A stretch of DNA of 64,000 nucleotides from Zootoca vivipara. Its lineage: Eukaryota. Location: assembly GCF_963506605.1 (NCBI RefSeq), contig NC_083276.1:82212001-82276000 (forward strand), given 5' to 3'. Within the stretch, counting starts at the first letter, position 1. Each line of letters starts with the position of its first letter. Of this stretch, positions 12,116 to 24,389 are shown in pieces. A model generated the notes under the pieces. It searched no databases. It was given only the letters and a program-made list of their open reading frames with translations, and was not told where the DNA came from. The position numbers were made by a program, and so were the translations under genes.

Positions 12116-12480
12116 AGACCATTTCTTATTGGATGATGTAGAGCTCTATGCACTATGTCATGCTGTACATGCTGAACTAATTCCATCAATGAAGCAACTG
12201 CAGATCTTTCACTATGTCTGTAGCTATTGAAGCTAATGGTATGTTTGCTTATCAAACTGCATAAGATGCATTGTAGAGGACCTTGAATAAATACAGATTC
12301 CACTCTTGAACCTATGAAAGAGCAGATGCCTCAGTAGACACATTGACGGGAGGACACAAGTAAAGAACAGAATGAAATCCCAGGTAACTTCTTGATTGTG
12401 GAGTAGAATGTGCTAGACTGGCCACTTGTTCACAAGTAGCCTGACCATTAATCAGTCAGGAGCGGCTGCAGGTAGGTAAG
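12116..12480 (+). promoter_or_regulatory. Conserved upstream block of type B ORs (candidate promoter/5'-UTR exon ending in a GTAAG donor)
   Basis: Homologous ~350-bp blocks precede every type B start (also 17026-17377, 22814-23171, 29092-29447, 33705-34045). gtaag occurs at 12476 and 17372. Function is inferred. Confidence 0.45.
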
Positions 12481-12654
12481 GAAGGTCTGGGGTTGCTAAG
12501 AGTCTCCAAGACTTCAGGTGCCCCCTGATGGCTTATAAGTCCCAAATAAAGTCATGGCAAATGGGGGGCTGGAAGAAGGCAGAGGTCATTTCTTGGGGGA
12601 AGAGAAAGGAGCTGTTGCTGGTGGGATGGGTTGTCTACCTTCTAACACTATAAT

Positions 12655-12940
12655 CATTGGCGGAGCAAGCCGATCCAGCGCCTGGGGGGAGGGCATGCGG
12701 GGGTGAGGCCAGCTGGGGCAGGATGATCCGCAGGGCCTCCAGGAGTCTGCCTGCCTCCTCCCACTCAGCCGCCCTATAGCGGGTGGACCTTTTGGGCAGT
12801 GTGGAGCATGTGGGCACCCAAGCCACAGCATCATTCCAAGGGGAAATGCATGTCTCAGGTGCACTGCAGGCCCCACAGTGAGTGCCACCTGGCATTTTGT
12901 CACCACCCTCATTGGTGACACCCGGGGCGGTCTGCCCCTG
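12655..12940. mobile_element. Non-autonomous hAT-type element
   Basis: Perfect 8-bp TSD actataat (12647-12654 and 12941-12948). Imperfect TIRs cattggcgga / tctgcccctg. GC-rich. Confidence 0.75.
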
Positions 12941-14098
12941 ACTATAATCAGAGCTTGTTTGTTCTGACAAGAAGATGGAGAAGATAGCAAGGAGCAGCTA
13001 CCCTAAGCTCTGAAGGATCTCGGGTCCCAGGACTGTGAGGCTGATCAAAGACTATTTGGGGCTTTAAATATTGCCTAATTTGAGAATTCTCAGCCTAAGA
13101 GTTATCACAGAACAGAATAGCCCAAAGCTCACAATATATGCAACATACTCATTCCTACAGTACATTAAACAGAAGTTGAAACTTTTACCTCACATTAGAG
13201 ACATGATGCTCAGAATAATGTTCCATTTCTCCCCTGTTAATACCAATCAAAAGAGAAATTGCAACTGGCAGGGCAGTTTCTACCTTATATGGTAGAAACC
13301 TTCAATTACAAATAGCAATAAATAGTCATAATATTTTCTGTTTGGACACTTTAAACCTAATGACTAGTAATATTTTTTAAATAAATGCAACTTATTACAC
13401 ATATGCACATTTAAAAAGATGTTGTGCTCAGAACTGCAGGTCATATTTCAGAAAGAGTCAGGATTTTTTTTTTATTGTGTGTGAATGTATATGTGTGGTA
13501 ATGCCTGAATTGAAATATTCTCAAAATTGAACTGAAAAAAATCAGTGTAATATATGAGCATAGATTGCCCAGGTGTCGTCCCCCGCTATTCTTTTGTATA
13601 TCATAACATCCCTAGTCATACTATCACTACCGGTATATGTCAAGCGGATCCCACTTAAATGGAATGAGATGTGCAAATATGGTGACCACACCTTGCAGAC
13701 TAATCTAGTTTATTGTTGATAATCACAGAGTGATGAATACAAACAAGTAGGTCAAGGATGTAATTGTTTCTGGGGAATCTTCTTGTGTGGTCTGAATGGG
13801 GGTTCAATCTGCCCCCACTATACAAACCCCTCTTTTATGTTGCATAAGGCTATTTATCACAATATGATGGCAAGTGAGAGTGCTTTGAATTAATGAAGGT
13901 GAAGAGATGAAAATTCAACACCATCCTTATTTCAAAACTCACTGTCCTGCCATATTCAAGAAGTTAAAATCTCTCTATTGTTTTTTAAAATGACTGATTA
14001 CCACATTTCTATGGTTTCTTTTGGCAAGCTGTTAAGAATCTACCTATTCCTCACCCATCTCCATCTTGTTTCTCTTTGATTCCATCAGGGGGGGAAAG

Positions 14099-15028
14099 AT
14101 GGCCGACAGGAACAGCAGTAGAGTGAAGGAGTTTGTCCTCATGGGATTCACTCACCGTCCAGAGTTGGCTGCCCCCTTGTTTGCATTGTTTCTAGTGAAC
14201 TATCTCATCACTATTGTAGGGAATCTTGGGATTCTTATGTTAATCAGGTTTGATGCTCGACTTCACACTCCCATGTATTTCTTCCTTAGCAATTTGTCCT
14301 TCTTGGACATTTGCTACTCAACTACCATCAGTCCCAGGCTGCTGATCGACCTCTTAAGGGAAAGGAAAGTCATTTATTTTACCGAATGTCTAGTTCAATT
14401 CTATTTCTATGCAACTTTTGCCACCACTGAGTGTTTCCTCCTGGCTGCTATGGCATATGACCGGTACATGGCCATCTGCAACCCACTCACCTACACAATC
14501 ACCATGTCTCAGAAGGTTTGTGCTCTTCTGGTGGCTGGTTCATACATTGCTGGATCACTGAATGCTATGATACACACAGGTTGTATGACTCGTTTATCAT
14601 TCTGTGGTCCTAATGTCATTGATCATTTTTACTGTGATGGTCCTCCAATCTTTCAACTTTCCTGTTCTGATACCAGCCTCAATATCTTTGTGATGTTTGT
14701 AGTTGTCAGCTTTAACCTGGTAAGCACCCATTTGACAGTCCTTATCTCTTACTCTTATATTGTTGTCACTATTTTGAGAATCCGCTCAGCTGAGGGCCGG
14801 CACAAAGCCTTCTCCACCTGCTCCTCTCACCTGCTGGCTGTCATCATCCTTTATGGCAGCTTGATCTTTATGTATCTCCAACCTAATACTTCAACAAATG
14901 GAGGCAAAGTGGCCTCTTTGTTGTATGCGGTGGTCATACCCATGCTAAATCCTCTCATCTACACCTTGAGGAATAAGGAAATAAAGTGTGCTTTGAGACG
15001 GGTGATAGAGAAATATTTTACAATTTAA
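14099..15028 (+). CDS. Olfactory receptor, class II family 5/8/9-like (type B1), intact, 309 aa
   Basis: MADRNSS start and motifs [44 protein letters not shown]. Acceptor ...ttccatcag ends at 14088. Confidence 0.96.
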   Translation: MADRNSSRVKEFVLMGFTHRPELAAPLFALFLVNYLITIVGNLGILMLIRFDARLHTPMYFFLSNLSFLDICYSTTISPRLLIDLLRERKVIYFTECLVQFYFYATFATTECFLLAAMAYDRYMAICNPLTYTITMSQKVCALLVAGSYIAGSLNAMIHTGCMTRLSFCGPNVIDHFYCDGPPIFQLSCSDTSLNIFVMFVVVSFNLVSTHLTVLISYSYIVVTILRIRSAEGRHKAFSTCSSHLLAVIILYGSLIFMYLQPNTSTNGGKVASLLYAVVIPMLNPLIYTLRNKEIKCALRRVIEKYFTI

Positions 15029-15118
15029 CTCTTAATATTTGTATAAAACTCCCTGTTTTATATAAACCTGCTAGAAGGTTGGAGCTGTGTATCTGGCCTG
15101 ATGTTTGATTGAAGCACA

Positions 15119-15119
15119 A

Positions 15120-15207
<88 letters not shown>

Positions 15208-15208
15208 A
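15119..15208 (+). repeat. (GAAA)n microsatellite
   Basis: Directly visible perfect tetranucleotide array. Confidence 0.97.
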
Positions 15209-16190
15209 GATTGCACTGGGCCTGGTGGAGACATTTCCAGGATTAATTTCAAATATAGCAACTCCCATGAACGAGTCAAAAGCATCTACCCAGAGAGGCC
15301 TACAAGACTCAAGGAAAGGAACATCCTAGTTGAGAAAGGGGACAGAATATAGTAGAGAATAATGCTTTAAGATGTTTAAAATATTTGTTCAATTTTACTG
15401 TGTAAGTTACTTTGAGTACTTTTGCAATGGAAAAGCAACTTATACGGTACATATTCTAAATAAATGCTCATAGTACTGCCCAGCCTGCTGCCTGCCAGCT
15501 TCTACCTTCTAACTCACACACCCACCCATTTTCTGTCTGGCACAAAACCACTTCCTTTGTTACCTTAACAGCTCATACCTAGTGGGCAATTACCTCTACA
15601 GGAAGCTAACCTGGCTATTCCAGAAATTGAATCTATCCAGGAATTAGAAGCTGAGTCAGGCATACAACGCAACGCATCCCCTCAACTCATAACAATAGAA
15701 AAACATCATAATAGCTGTTGTGTTTATGACCCACCCTTCAATGCCAAGGAACCAAGGGCAATACACAGAAACCACGAAAATATAACTAAGTAAATGACAT
15801 AAAAACCAGGGGCTGTATCCCATGTCAGGCCGACTCAAAGCAAACCCATTGAAATGAATGGACATGACTAACTTAGGGCCATACGTTTCAGTGGATCTAC
15901 TCTGAGTATAGGATAGTTGGAAACACCCCCATAATAGCAATTAACATGATAAAACAGTAATCTAGCTGTTTTTATTCTGACACAGTTTTAGGATAACATG
16001 GTGGCATCCAAAAAATTGTCACAAGAAATCAGTGGCTTTGGCCTCCTATGCCTCAGGTGAGCATTTGTATATGCCTGCATGTACGAAGCATCACACATTC
16101 AGAAAGCTGCAAACTCCTGAGTGTTCCTTGCACGCGTGGAGCTAGTAAGTTGCCTCAGTTGAAGAACTTGCTTCACTTTTATAGGCCAGA

Positions 16191-16340
16191 AGAACCAGGA
16201 GGTCAAAAGTGCCTTCTGGGAATAAATATTGTGTTTTACAAAAGCTATGTTTATCTAAGGCACCTGCTCCCCAAACACCTGCTGTTTATACAACATCTCC
16301 AAATGTTGTACTTTAAGAAAGGGATGGGGAACCACATTGG
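16191..16340 (+). pseudogene. Relic 3' end of a type A OR and its 3' flank
   Basis: gaaccaggaggtcaaaagtgccttc is identical to 3653-3677, and atgttgta-tttaagaaagggatggg matches ~3779-3804. Confidence 0.6.
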
Positions 16341-16558
16341 TCCAGTGGTCCAGATCCAAGGGTGACCGTCTCTCTCTCCAAAGACACACCATGGCATCAC
16401 ATGTTGTGCAAACAATTCCACAACTTCTTTAGAGGCTGGAAGCTGTGGGACAGAGTCTGTAAAAGACTACAGGCTAGAGGGTAAATAAATTCTCACCCCC
16501 CCCTCTATCATAATGGCATCCAGAAGGGGTGGAAACACAATGTGCATTATACGTATAA

Positions 16559-16740
16559 GGAGGAAGGGAAAGGAGAGTGTTAGCCGCTTTGAGACTCCTT
16601 AGGGTAGCGATAAAGCGGGATATCAAATCCAAACTACTACTACTACTCCTCCTCCTCTTCTTCTTCTTCTTCTTCTTCTTCTTCTTCTTCTTCTTCTTCT
16701 TCTTCTTCTTCTTCTTCTTCTTCTTCTTCTTCTTCTTCTC
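16559..16740 (+). mobile_element. Squam3-like SINE 3' fragment with (CTT)n tail
   Basis: Matches the 3' part of the full tRNA-headed SINE at 57370-58215 (ggaggaagggaaaggaga...gagactccttagggtag...atatcaaatcc). Confidence 0.75.
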
Positions 16741-18531
16741 AACAACAATCATATTTATGATCTGATAGTGTAACCAACCAAAGGGAATGCTAGATTGTTG
16801 CATGTAGATAAGAAGTGTGAGCAGATATTTAGCTGAATAAACTTCTGCTAAATATGGATCAATCCTCTGGGACTAGGTTGTTACTTCTGTTTTAAGGAAA
16901 ACATGTTTATCATAGGAAACTGTGCAGTTTTTGCCACCCATGTAATTGTTTATAGCCTACTTGGTGGTCTCTTGAGATGTCAGCAGACAGATCTCAGAGA
17001 TATAAGGCACCAGAAGTACACAAGAGACCATTTCTTATTGGATGATGTAGAGCTCTATGCACTATGCCATGCTGTAACTGTGGAACTAATTCCATCTATG
17101 CAACAACTGCAGATGTTTCACTATGTGTGCAGCTATTTGAGCTAACAGTATGCTTGGATATAAAACAGTGTAAGGTGCATTTTAGAGGACCTTGGAGGAA
17201 AACTCTTGAACCCAAGGTACAGCAGATTCCCCAGTAGGCACTTCCACTGGATGACAGAAGTAATAAGTATCTGATATGACAGGTAACTTCATTGTTGAGT
17301 AGAAGATGCTAGACTGGCAAGTTGTACACGAGTAGCTTAACTAGTAATCAGCCAATATGGGCTGCAGTTGGGTAAGGTGGGTCTGGGGCTAAGAGTCTCC
17401 AAACTTTCAGTCTCCTCCCAATGGCTTCAAAGCTTGAATGGAAGTCAGGGAAAAAGAGAGCGTGGAAGAAGACTGGGGCCATTTCTTGATAAAGGAGCCA
17501 GTGGGGTTTGGGGTTGAAGTTGGGGTGGTTGGCTGGGCTATCTTCATGATGAGTGGGGCTGGTCCAGTCTGATGGAAGGACAAAGAATGGAGTGCAGTTT
17601 GAAGGTAGCATGGGGCAGCTATCTTAAGGTCTGTAGGTTCTGGGATCCAAAGGGCTAATCAGGGCTTTACATATGGGCTAAGTAGAGGGCTCTCCATCTA
17701 AGAGTTCTCACAGAGTAAGTCCCAAAGGTTAAAATAAATGCAACATACACATACTCACAGCATGCTAAAAGGAAGCTGATATTTTATTCCCCTTCTTGAG
17801 AAAGGGCAGAAAGCTCACTCTTAACTTACAACTGGCAATTAATAATGGTAATACAGTATTTTCCGTCTGGACACTATAACCAAAATAATCAGCATTTCCC
17901 CCCTATAAATACATACACCTATTTACAAAACAGAAACACATTGTAGGAAAACATCATGCTCAGACCTGCATATTTGGAAAGTGTCAGCAAAGACATTTCA
18001 GTGTGTGCACATGAATGTGCATGCAAATGCTTGGACTTGACTATTCACAAAAATAAAGTGCTATCATTTCAAACAGAAACTGATTTTATAGGAATAAGTT
18101 CTGCACCTATGGTCACCATACCTTATAGACAGGTTTAGTTTGCTGTGCATAATAATGTCTCAGGGTTGGTAAACCAGCAAGCTGTCCACAGATACAGGTG
18201 TTTCTGAGGAAACCTCTGCACTCCCTTCATCAGCCACCTTTTAATGTTGTGTATTACAACACTCTGTTAAGTAATATAGTGGCAGTGCTTTGAACTCCGA
18301 AGCTGGAGAGATGGAAATTCAATACCACCCTATAATTCTGTTCTGTTCACCACCAATGGCAATCCATTAAATCTCATAGTCTCATAGACATCATCCCTTT
18401 ATTTGTAAGAAAAAACATATAGTTGAAAAGACATATTACCTTATTTCTGGTAGCAAACTACTGTATCAAGAATGGTCCCATTCCTCACTCATCCTCATTT
18501 GTTTCTCTTTGATTTTGTCAGGTAGAAGAAA

Positions 18532-19458
18532 ATGGCTGACAGGAACAGCAGTAGAGTGAGGGAGTTTGTGTTCATGGGATTTACTGATCGTCCAGAGCTG
18601 GCTGCCACCATGTTTGCATTGTTTCTTGTGAATTATGCCATAACAATTGTGGGGAATCTCGGGATGCTTTTGTTAATTAGGGTTAATGCTTGCCTTCACA
18701 CCCCCATGTATTTCTTCCTTAGCAATTTGTCCTTCTTAGACATTTGCTATTCAACCACCATCAGTCCCAGGCTGCTGATCGACCTCTTAAGGGAAAGGAA
18801 AGTGATTACGTATCCTGCGTGTCTACTTCAATTCTATTTCTATGCAACTTTTGCCACCACTGAGTGTTATCTCCTGGCAGCTATGGCATACGATCGGTAC
18901 ATGGCCATCTGCAACCCACTCACCTACACAATCATCATGTCTCAGAAGGTTTGTGTTTGTCTGGTGGCTGGCTCATACATTGCCGCATCACTGAATGCTA
19001 TGATACACACAGGTTGTATGACTCGTTTATCATTCTGTGGCCCTAATGTCATCGATCATTTTTATTGTGAAGGTCCCCCAGTTTTTCAACTTTCCTGTTC
19101 TGATACAAGTGTAAATTTGTATGTGATGTTTGCCTTTGTGGGCTTTAACCTGGTGATCACTCATTTGACAGTCCTTATCTCTTACTCTTATATTGCTGTC
19201 ACTATTTTGAGAATCCGTTCAGCTGAGGGTCGGCACAAAGCCTTCTCCACCTGCTCCTCTCACCTGATGGCTGTCATCATCCTGTATGGAAGTTTCTTCT
19301 TTATGTATCTCCAACCCAGTTCATCAACCGAAGGAAAGAAAGTGGCCTCTTTGTTGTATGCGGTGGTAATACCCATGCTAAACCCTCTCATCTACAGCTT
19401 GAGGAACAAGGAGGTGAAGAGTGCTTTGAGACGGGTAGTGGGGAAGTATAAAAGGTAA
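18532..19458 (+). CDS. Olfactory receptor, class II family 5/8/9-like (type B2), intact, 308 aa; last codons and stop come from a SINE
   Basis: All OR motifs present. The C-terminal ...GKY-KR* overlaps the SINE tail aaaggtaaagg. Confidence 0.95.
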   Translation: MADRNSSRVREFVFMGFTDRPELAATMFALFLVNYAITIVGNLGMLLLIRVNACLHTPMYFFLSNLSFLDICYSTTISPRLLIDLLRERKVITYPACLLQFYFYATFATTECYLLAAMAYDRYMAICNPLTYTIIMSQKVCVCLVAGSYIAASLNAMIHTGCMTRLSFCGPNVIDHFYCEGPPVFQLSCSDTSVNLYVMFAFVGFNLVITHLTVLISYSYIAVTILRIRSAEGRHKAFSTCSSHLMAVIILYGSFFFMYLQPSSSTEGKKVASLLYAVVIPMLNPLIYSLRNKEVKSALRRVVGKYKR

Positions 19459-19751
19459 AGGGACCCCTGACCATTAGGTCCAGTCGTGACCGACTCTGAG
19501 GTTGCGGCGCTCATCTTGCGTTTTTGGCCGAGGGAGCCGGCGTACAGCTTCCAGTCATGTGGCCACCATGACTAAGCCACTTCTGGCGAACCACAGCTGC
19601 GCACAGAAGCGCCGTTTACCTTCCCGCCAGAACGGTACCTATTTATCTACTTGCATTTTGACGTGCTTTCGAACTGCTAGGTAGGCAGGAGCTGATTCAA
19701 ACCGCCACCCTAGGCTCTGTGGTTTAACCCACAGCGCCACCCGTGTCCATT
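19451..19751 (-). mobile_element. Sauria SINE (internally deleted) inserted in the last codons of OR B2
   Basis: TSD gtggggaagtata (19438-19450) / gtggagaagtata (19752-19764). The original ending ATT CGC TAA follows the second TSD. Confidence 0.92.
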
Positions 19752-20698
19752 GTGGAGAAGTATATTCGCTAACAATATTAACTATTTGTACAGTAAGCTT
19801 TATATAAATATTGACTGCTGCATGATTGCAGTTATGTATCTGGCAGCTGGATGAAGTTTGACTGAAACCTGGAAGCAAAAGGGAAAGGGAAGGAAGGATT
19901 ACAGTGGGTCAGAGGCTGGGCTCCTTTCCAGAAACATTGCCTGGGCTTCCTTCCAATATGCCATCTGGTCTGATTAAACATCCCAAAACTTCTATCCAGT
20001 GGAGCCTACAAGACTCAAGGAACATCCTCTTTGAGTAAGGGAATAGAATACGCTTTAGGATGTGTTAATTTGTTGTCCAGTTTGACAGCATAAATTCCAT
20101 TAAGTACGTTTGTCATTGAAAAGCAGTATATACTGATTTTAAATAAATGGAAATAAATGACTAGATGTTCACAGTCCTTCACATGCATTCTCTCTGGTAT
20201 CGTGGAACAATCGTGTAAAGTAATGTGGTGTTATTCTCCTAACATTGTACAGTATAAAATCATGGAGAGTAATTTTATCAGGCCATGAATAGAGGATAGA
20301 AACCTCAATTACTTTTAGATAGGATAGTTAAATCAAATCTCTTTGTTCAGAAACAGTATGCATCAAGGACATGAAACAGGAAGATGGGCAACACTATCAT
20401 TCCTTGTAAACAGAAGCAGCTGGCTGGCTCATGTGGGAGGGCATCTCCTAGAGGCTGAGCCCTCCCCCCCCCAATATTTTCAGGAAGGGGGCCAGGACCC
20501 CAATGTTCAAAGCGGGTGCCAAGTGCAGAGCCAAGTGGGACATGATATCATTGGTTGGCACCTTTTCCTTCTACTGCTGTGGAGGAGAAGGAGCAGGGAA
20601 GCAGCTCCCAGGCAGTTGTGGCAAGGGGAGGAGGAATCACTGGCCATTGAAGATGTGCTGCTGCCATGTTCAGCTTCGCCTCCTGATTCCTCCCAATG

Positions 20699-20985
20699 CA
20701 GGGGCGTAGGAAGATATGGGTGGTGGAGGTGGGCTGCCCTGTGCTGCGGGCACCAAGGGGTGCAATCGCGGGTGCCCGCCCCACCCCAAAATGCATGCCC
20801 CACCCCTGGAATGCGTGTCATGCTGCTCGGGGAGGCACACCATGCGCCCAGAAGGCCTGCCACGGCGGGAGGTGTGCCCCAGCCCTGGAACATGCGCCCT
20901 GCCCTCCGGGAGGCATGCCCCACCCCCAGAATGGGTGCCAGCCCTGTCCCCGCCCCCGATGCCGGAGCATGAAGCTCTGCCACTG
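20699..20985. mobile_element. Non-autonomous hAT-type element (GC-rich)
   Basis: TIRs caggggcgtag / ctctgccactg and TSD tcccaatg / tcccagtg. Empty site at 27003-27010 in the paralog. Confidence 0.85.
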
Positions 20986-21317
20986 TCCCAGTGACCTGAT
21001 GTTATGCCCGCATTCTCCCTTGGAAGTTGGCACTTCTAAGCCAGAGACAGAATGCTGGGGCGAATGTGTCTTCATCTAATTCCCCCCCCCCCCAAATTAT
21101 GCATGGCAGTACATAAACAATTCATGAAAATATGATGAAGAGTACAATAGAAAAGCTGTGGGTTGCAATGGTAGGGCACAAGAAAGCTGTGCTGCTGAAC
21201 TAGAACATCTGCTTAACTCGCTTTGACTTTTGTCACCTGGGTGGGGCCGAGATACTTCATCAGTTGAAGCTCTCCCTAGCTCATGAAGTAGGTTCCCTTT
21301 GTTAACAGGCTCTAGAT

Positions 21318-21452
21318 CAGGCACCCCCAGACTTCGGCGCTCCAGATGTTTCGACTACAATTCCCATCTTCCCCGACCACTGGTCCTGTTAGCTAGGGAT
21401 CATGGGACTTGTAGGCCAAAACATCTGGAGGGCCGCAGTTTGGGGATGCCTG
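21318..21452. mobile_element. Short palindromic hAT MITE
   Basis: caggcacccc...ggggatgcctg with a perfect 8-bp TSD ctctagat. Family copies at 43621-43756 and 52322-52457. Confidence 0.88.
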
Positions 21453-21974
21453 CTCTAGATTGATATTCTTGGTTCGTTCCTCCTAGCTACAGCACTAGCC
21501 ACTGGAATAGGAATGTGAGGCTTATATTCAGATAGGCCCCTGGGAATGGGGAGTGAAGAATGGCTATTGATTGAATAGGTAGTGGCAATAGCTGCTGAAT
21601 CAACTGCCTTCTGTGATAGGCCATTCTTCCTTCTTCCCTGTGAGGGAGTTTTACACAATCTTAGTAATGCAACTGAAAAAAGATAAATAGATTTTACTTT
21701 CTTATTTTATTTACTTGCAACGACACAATTTTAAAATTGCCTGCTACCATGTAGATTTAAATGGTAAATTGTACTCTAGTTTTTATAAAGTAGACAACAC
21801 TTTAGTGGGTTTTAATTTGCACCAAATTGCTCACTGAATGTCACACAAACACTCTGTGGGTGTTTCCTTATCATTTATAAGTGAAAGGAAATGATTCGGA
21901 AAACGGGAGAATTAGTCTCATTTTAATAACTGAGCTCACAAAAAGAAAATCAGTAGTAACACTGGATCTCAGTT

Positions 21975-22545
21975 TAAGATGGAATTCACTTCCTTGTTCA
22001 TGAGTTTTCTGAAAGCTTTTGAAATGTCTTTGTTCCTCAGGCTGCAGGTCAGAGGACTGATCATGAGGAGAACTACAGTGTAGAACACAGACACTTATTG
22101 GTCTTGCTCAAAGACCTAGACAGAAGAAGGCTCCAAGGGTTCACTCTAAGGATGAAGATGTGAGAGACGATAATAATAGAGAGGGCAGAAAAGAAATGGG
22201 CTGTGCCCCAAGGGAAGGAGATGGTTCTGTTCTCAGATACAGTCATACCTCCTGTTACAGATGCTTCAGGTTACATGTTTTCGGGTTGCGGACCGCTGGA
22301 AACCCGGAAGTACCAGAACGGGATACTTCCAGGATTCACCGCTCGTGCATGCGCAAAAGCGCTAAATCATGCCTGCACAGACGCGGTACTTCAGAATACG
22401 AACGCTGTGGGTTGCGGACTTGCCTCAATCATGCATTGCATCTGCAACCCAAGGTTCCACTGTAATAAGACAGATAGCATTCTGGGAGTAACAGTAGATG
22501 AGTAACAGGCGTCATAGAAGGATAGGTGCCATGGGAAAAAGCACC
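21975..22545 (-). pseudogene. Degraded, internally deleted OR5AR1-like relic (copy 1)
   Basis: The minus strand gives FFPWHLSFYDACYSSTVTPRMLS and a C-terminal segment homologous to 40684-40850. Large deletions, frameshifts and a MITE insertion. Confidence 0.8.
22240..22462. mobile_element. Tc1/mariner-type MITE
   Basis: cagtcatacct...aggttccactg flanked by TA. Empty site ctcagataataag at ~28628-28640. Confidence 0.82.
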
Positions 22546-23382
22546 ATTCATTCAGAAAGCTAAAAACGCCGTGGTATCTATAGCCATGTATGGAGGTACT
22601 CAGGCACCTCAGTTGAATGCCTTGCTCCATTTTGACAGGCCTGATATTTTTTACCAGGTGCAAGTCCTTGAGAGTTTTCCTCTTCTTACCTAATCCTAAT
22701 TAGCCCTTAAGGGGGTTGTTTACCAGACGGGGAAACAGTTGTTGTTGGCATCTAGGTCTCATGGCACCACTGTATATAACTAGACCCAATGCAAATTATT
22801 ACACTGGAAGCCAACCATTTCTTATTGGATGATGTTGAGCTTTATTGACTATGTCATATTATACATGCTTAACTTTTTCTATCAATGCAGCAACTTCAGG
22901 TCTTCCATTTTTTTCTGTAGCAATTCAAGGTAAGGGTATGTTTCCTTATCGAACTGTGTAAGATGCATTTTAGAGAATTTCCTTGCAGAAATACAGAGTC
23001 CACTCTTGAACCTAAGTAGGAACAGTTGCATCAGTAGAAACTTCCACTGGCGAAAGAAAATAATGATATCTCAGTTAATTTCCTGATGGCAGGGTAGAAG
23101 CTGCTAGAGCAACCTTTTTTTCAGAAGCAGGCTGACCAGTAATCAGCCAAGTTGGCTACATGTGGGTTAGGGTGTGGTTGTGGCTAAGTCCAACTCTGTC
23201 CTTCCTAAAGTTACATGCTTTTATGTTGCGTAAGGCTATTTATTGCAACATCATGTCAGGAAATGTAGTGACTGTTTTATTTCTGAAGCCGGAGAGATGG
23301 AAATTCAACACAACCCACCTACAATAAGTCCTGTTCTTCACCAATGACCATCCTTTAATGACAATACTGCCATCTTCTAGGG

Positions 23383-24389
23383 CAGTGATGGGCAACCTTT
23401 TGAGCTTGGTGTGTCAAAATTTGCAAAAAAAACCGAGCATAACTTGGGTGGTGTGTCGCTTCGAGAAAAAAAAGCACCATAATTTCATGATATTTATAGT
23501 TTAAATAACAAAAATGTATAATTGTTTCCCCTTAAAAAGGGGGGAAAAGGGGAGGAAAAAAATTATTAAAGTTTTTTTAAAAAAAATAAAAAATAATATT
23601 AAAAAGGGAAAAAATAAGGCCAAACCTAGAGGTCTTTCCCAGTGGGACTCTGGGCTCAGGCCTTCCTCCAACGGGTTTTCCGCTGGGGAGGTGGGCTCGG
23701 GTTGGGCCAGTGCCTCCTCATGGCCCTCTTCAGCCCACCTCTCCCCTCACTCGGCTATGCTTGCACGGCGGCAGGGCAACAGGGAATGGGTTTCAGCTTA
23801 CTTGGGTGTATCTTCTCTCTTCCTGGGATGGCGGCGAGGTGGTGATGGTGGCGGCAGTGAGGTCGGGGTCTGGGTCCTTCTCCCTCCTCCAAGGGCCCCC
23901 TCCTCTCCCTTGAGGTGGGGGCAACGGGGATGCCAATGGAGCGAGTGGACCCCTGTTCCTTTACCTTGTTTCCCCTTTTTTACTCCCTCCTTTCTGTGGG
24001 GGCAGCGGCAGCGGGGCCGGGGCTTGCTTTTTCCTCTGGCCTCTGGAGTGCCTCGAGGCTGTCCATCAGGTTCGTGGGGTGGGGGTAGGGTCCGGCAGCT
24101 CCCCAATTGCTGCACTGGTGGCCCCCCGTGTCCGGGCGGTGGCAGTGGCGGTTTCGGTGGCTTGGGAGCCTGTCCGGCAGCTCCTGCAGCCCTGGTCACT
24201 TTCAGGAGCTCTGTGGCTCCGTGCCAACCACCATCTTGCCTCGCCGGAAGTCCACAAGGCCCCTGGAGATGCATCGCCTGCAGCATTCTGCCGCCGGCCA
24301 GAAGTGAGGTCTCGGCATGCGGCCGTGTGTCACCAAAAATGGCTATGGGTGTCAGTGGTGACATGCGTGTCATAGGTTTGCCATCACTG
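23383..24389. mobile_element. hAT element (CAGTGATGG-type TIRs) with GC-rich interior
   Basis: TIRs cagtgatgggcaacct / aggtttgccatcactg and TSD ttctaggg / ttccaggg. Empty site at 29651-29658. No transposase ORF. Confidence 0.85.

Noticed and set aside
14066-14098. N-terminal extensions of OR ORFs in the ORF track (also 24617, 29700, 35004, 45550, 51404, 59322)
   Set aside because: They run through polypyrimidine tracts and splice acceptors, mostly from non-ATG starts. The downstream ATG gives the canonical OR length.
15058-16803. Poly-K/F and KKER ORFs
   Set aside because: Translations of (GAAA)n and (CTT)n microsatellites.
20343-21079. Cluster of overlapping 60-209 aa ORFs
   Set aside because: Stop-poor GC-rich MITE sequence; the frames are not preserved in the duplicate at 26658-27096.
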